A stretch of 63,782 bases of DNA, counting the filler, from Lenisia limosa (taxonomy: Eukaryota > Protista > Breviatea), in the NCBI GenBank assembly GCA_001655205.1. It is 9 parts of 9 records of this genome, joined end to end, with 100 filler letters (N's around TTAATTAATTAA, not from the genome) between each part and the next. Parts side by side here need not be neighbours in the genome. Positions count along the whole stretch, not along the records: positions 61,989 to 63,782 come from LPNZ01000678.1; 8 more parts are not named here. One strand, 5' to 3'. The position numbers and the translations under genes are program-made. The notes under the pieces are model-generated. The model was not told where the DNA came from and ran no database searches. It was given only the letters and a program-made list of their open reading frames with translations. Shown one piece after another: positions 61,989-63,782 of the stretch (positions within the stretch are counted from its first letter, which is position 1; each line of letters opens with the position of its first letter).

Positions 61989-62956
61989 GATGAACTCTTC
62001 ACTGTTGGTCTTTTTCCTCCCGTTCGTACAGCACTGTATAGTTGTGTGCTTAACACTCCCTCACTCATCGACTACATCACCAACGCCAAGTCTGATGACG
62101 TCACTACCGTCAAGTCCGGCTGGGTCTCAGTTCGGAACTATTACGATGATCTCGACGCCAAGGAGTTTGAGCAGTTCGACAAGGACCCTGATCACCGTCT
62201 TCCTTGGGACTCTTCCGTTGTTGTTCCATCTACTGTATGTGGGTTCATAAATACAATGGTGATATTATGAGTTTTTTTAAAAAATGATTTTTTTTAACAT
62301 CATACCAAATCATATCATATGATATTATAATATAACAGGCTACTGAAACTATTGATATTGATCAAAAATAAATTGAGATTTCAGTTTTGGACAGATATGA
62401 AGTTCTATTGATTACCCATTCGTGTGTCTATATTCATGATTCTAGTATTTTGACGCCATTGACACCACTGAGGCTGAAAAAAAAACCCAAAAGAACAAAC
62501 ATTGAGTCCATGTCTCTCAATGAAAGGGCAGCATTGATTAACGAAGCAGCCAGGAAGGTTAGATTGGATCGTGTTGTAGAATATGAAAAAAAAAACAAAA
62601 ACTGAATATACACCGATTGTTTAGTGATTTCTTTTCCATTTGAAAATTTTTTCATTTATCCAATAATAATAATTGTAGGAGTTCACCAAAAAGCGCAATC
62701 GCCAGCGAGAGGCTACAGCTACTACCGTCATAACTGTCCACGCCCGCCAAGCCACTCCACAGGTAGGGTTAGAGCATGACCGTAATTTAGTTTTCTGGGA
62801 CTGTTGAACGTATGTATTCCTATTCAAGTTTGTATTTTTGTTTTGATAGGTAACACAAATTACTAATTTTCGAACGTGTTAATAACTCCACAGGCAAAAA
62901 AAGCTACTGCCAAGCGCCGTACCCCAGCTGGGCAAGCCGCTGCCAAGAAGGCCTAA
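61989..62956 (+). CDS. 3' part of an unassigned gene (three exons)
   Basis: DELFTVGLFPPVRTALYSCVLNTPSLIDY...HRLPWDSSVVVPST|EFTKKRNRQREAT...TPQ|AKKATAKRRTPAGQAAAKKA-TAA, with phase-0 GT-AG introns. Confidence 0.65.
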
Positions 62957-63356
62957 TTCCATTGTTTTTCGTGATTTATTATTTGATCTGGTATTGGTAT
63001 TNNNNNNNNNNTTTGGCCAAAATCCTTTCTTTTTTTTATTAATAAGACTGCTCTTCGTTGTACTATGGCTAATGTGTTTAGTCTTAAAAATAAGAAAAGA
63101 CGAACAGTTAAAAAACAACAATAACAAAAAAAGTAAACCAAAAAAGGGTTTGTTTTTTTTTAAAAAAAGCTTGTCCGGAGTTTTGATGTGTCCTGTTCAT
63201 TTTGAATGTTGTCCGGCACTTTGATGACCCACATATGTTATATTACTTTTGTTTTAAAAAAAGATTGAACAGTGTCATCGTAAGCAGAGAGGAAAGCAAA
63301 CGCAAAAAAAATTACAGAAAAGCATGAAAGTAATCAACGATAATCCCGCGAGTCTC

Positions 63357-63640
63357 ACTTTGGCGAAGAAGATGGTGAAGAAATCGATTTGAGAGTTCAG
63401 ACCACACTCGGGGGCTAAGGATGGTGATAAAGGGGTGTAAAAATAAAATTTTTTTTATGAAAGGTAGAGAGTTTGGGCTCCTCAATTTACCCCATAAGCC
63501 GCATACCCGAGATTTCAACATTGAAGTTAGTGACTGAGAGGTTCTTGAAAGCGTCCTTGACCTCATCAGGCCAGTTCAGTCGGAATGAAGTGTAGAGGGA
63601 AGTCACCTCTGGAGAGCGAGTAAGAGACGTGGGGGTGAAC
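63357..63640 (-). CDS. Internal exons of a multi-pass membrane protein of the kind common in protists
   Basis: VTSLYTSFRLNWPDEVKDAFKNLSVTNFNVEIS|APECGLNSQIDFFTIFFAK|gtgaga. The WP...F..LS..NF....PEC pattern occurs in protist multi-TM receptor-like proteins. Confidence 0.6.
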
Positions 63641-63782
63641 ATGGAAAATTAAAAATAATAATAATAATAAAATAGTCTTAAATGCAGCAGTGTGTTTAAT
63701 GATAGTTTTATTTCAGGTAAGAGGATGTAAACAATGATAGCAACAACAGATTACATAATCGCACAATTGTAATATCGTAAAT

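Overview
This is a draft-assembly window from an intron-rich, AT-rich microbial eukaryote (species not identifiable from the sequence). It has many N gaps, eight of which carry a TTAATTAATTAA linker. The left half (about 1-33 kb) is gene-dense. It holds an ACTR10/Arp11-like actin-related gene, CNOT4/Not4, an S10 serine carboxypeptidase, gamma-glutamyl hydrolase, an ERCC6L/PICH-like SNF2 ATPase, an Arg/Ser/Pro-rich gene, a CaMKK/GRIK-like kinase with a probable myristoylation motif, and several unassigned multi-exon genes. Its introns and intergenic DNA contain at least 15 copies of a ~95-bp palindromic MITE-like element and a second dispersed repeat family. The right half (about 34-61 kb) is mostly repeats and pseudogenes. 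It holds a decayed DIRS-like retrotransposon (gag zinc finger, RT, RNase H, possible tyrosine recombinase remnant), kinase, FKBP-like and PNP gene remnants, and several repeat families. The most striking observation is a 286-bp retroposed LSU (28S) rRNA fragment with an A-rich tail and a 14-bp target-site duplication, inserted just downstream of the DIRS-like RNase H. I found no CRISPR array, intact tRNA, Fanzor/TnpB or evidence for a variant genetic code. I cannot claim a complete new biological system. Exon structures were read by eye, so outer coordinates are approximate.
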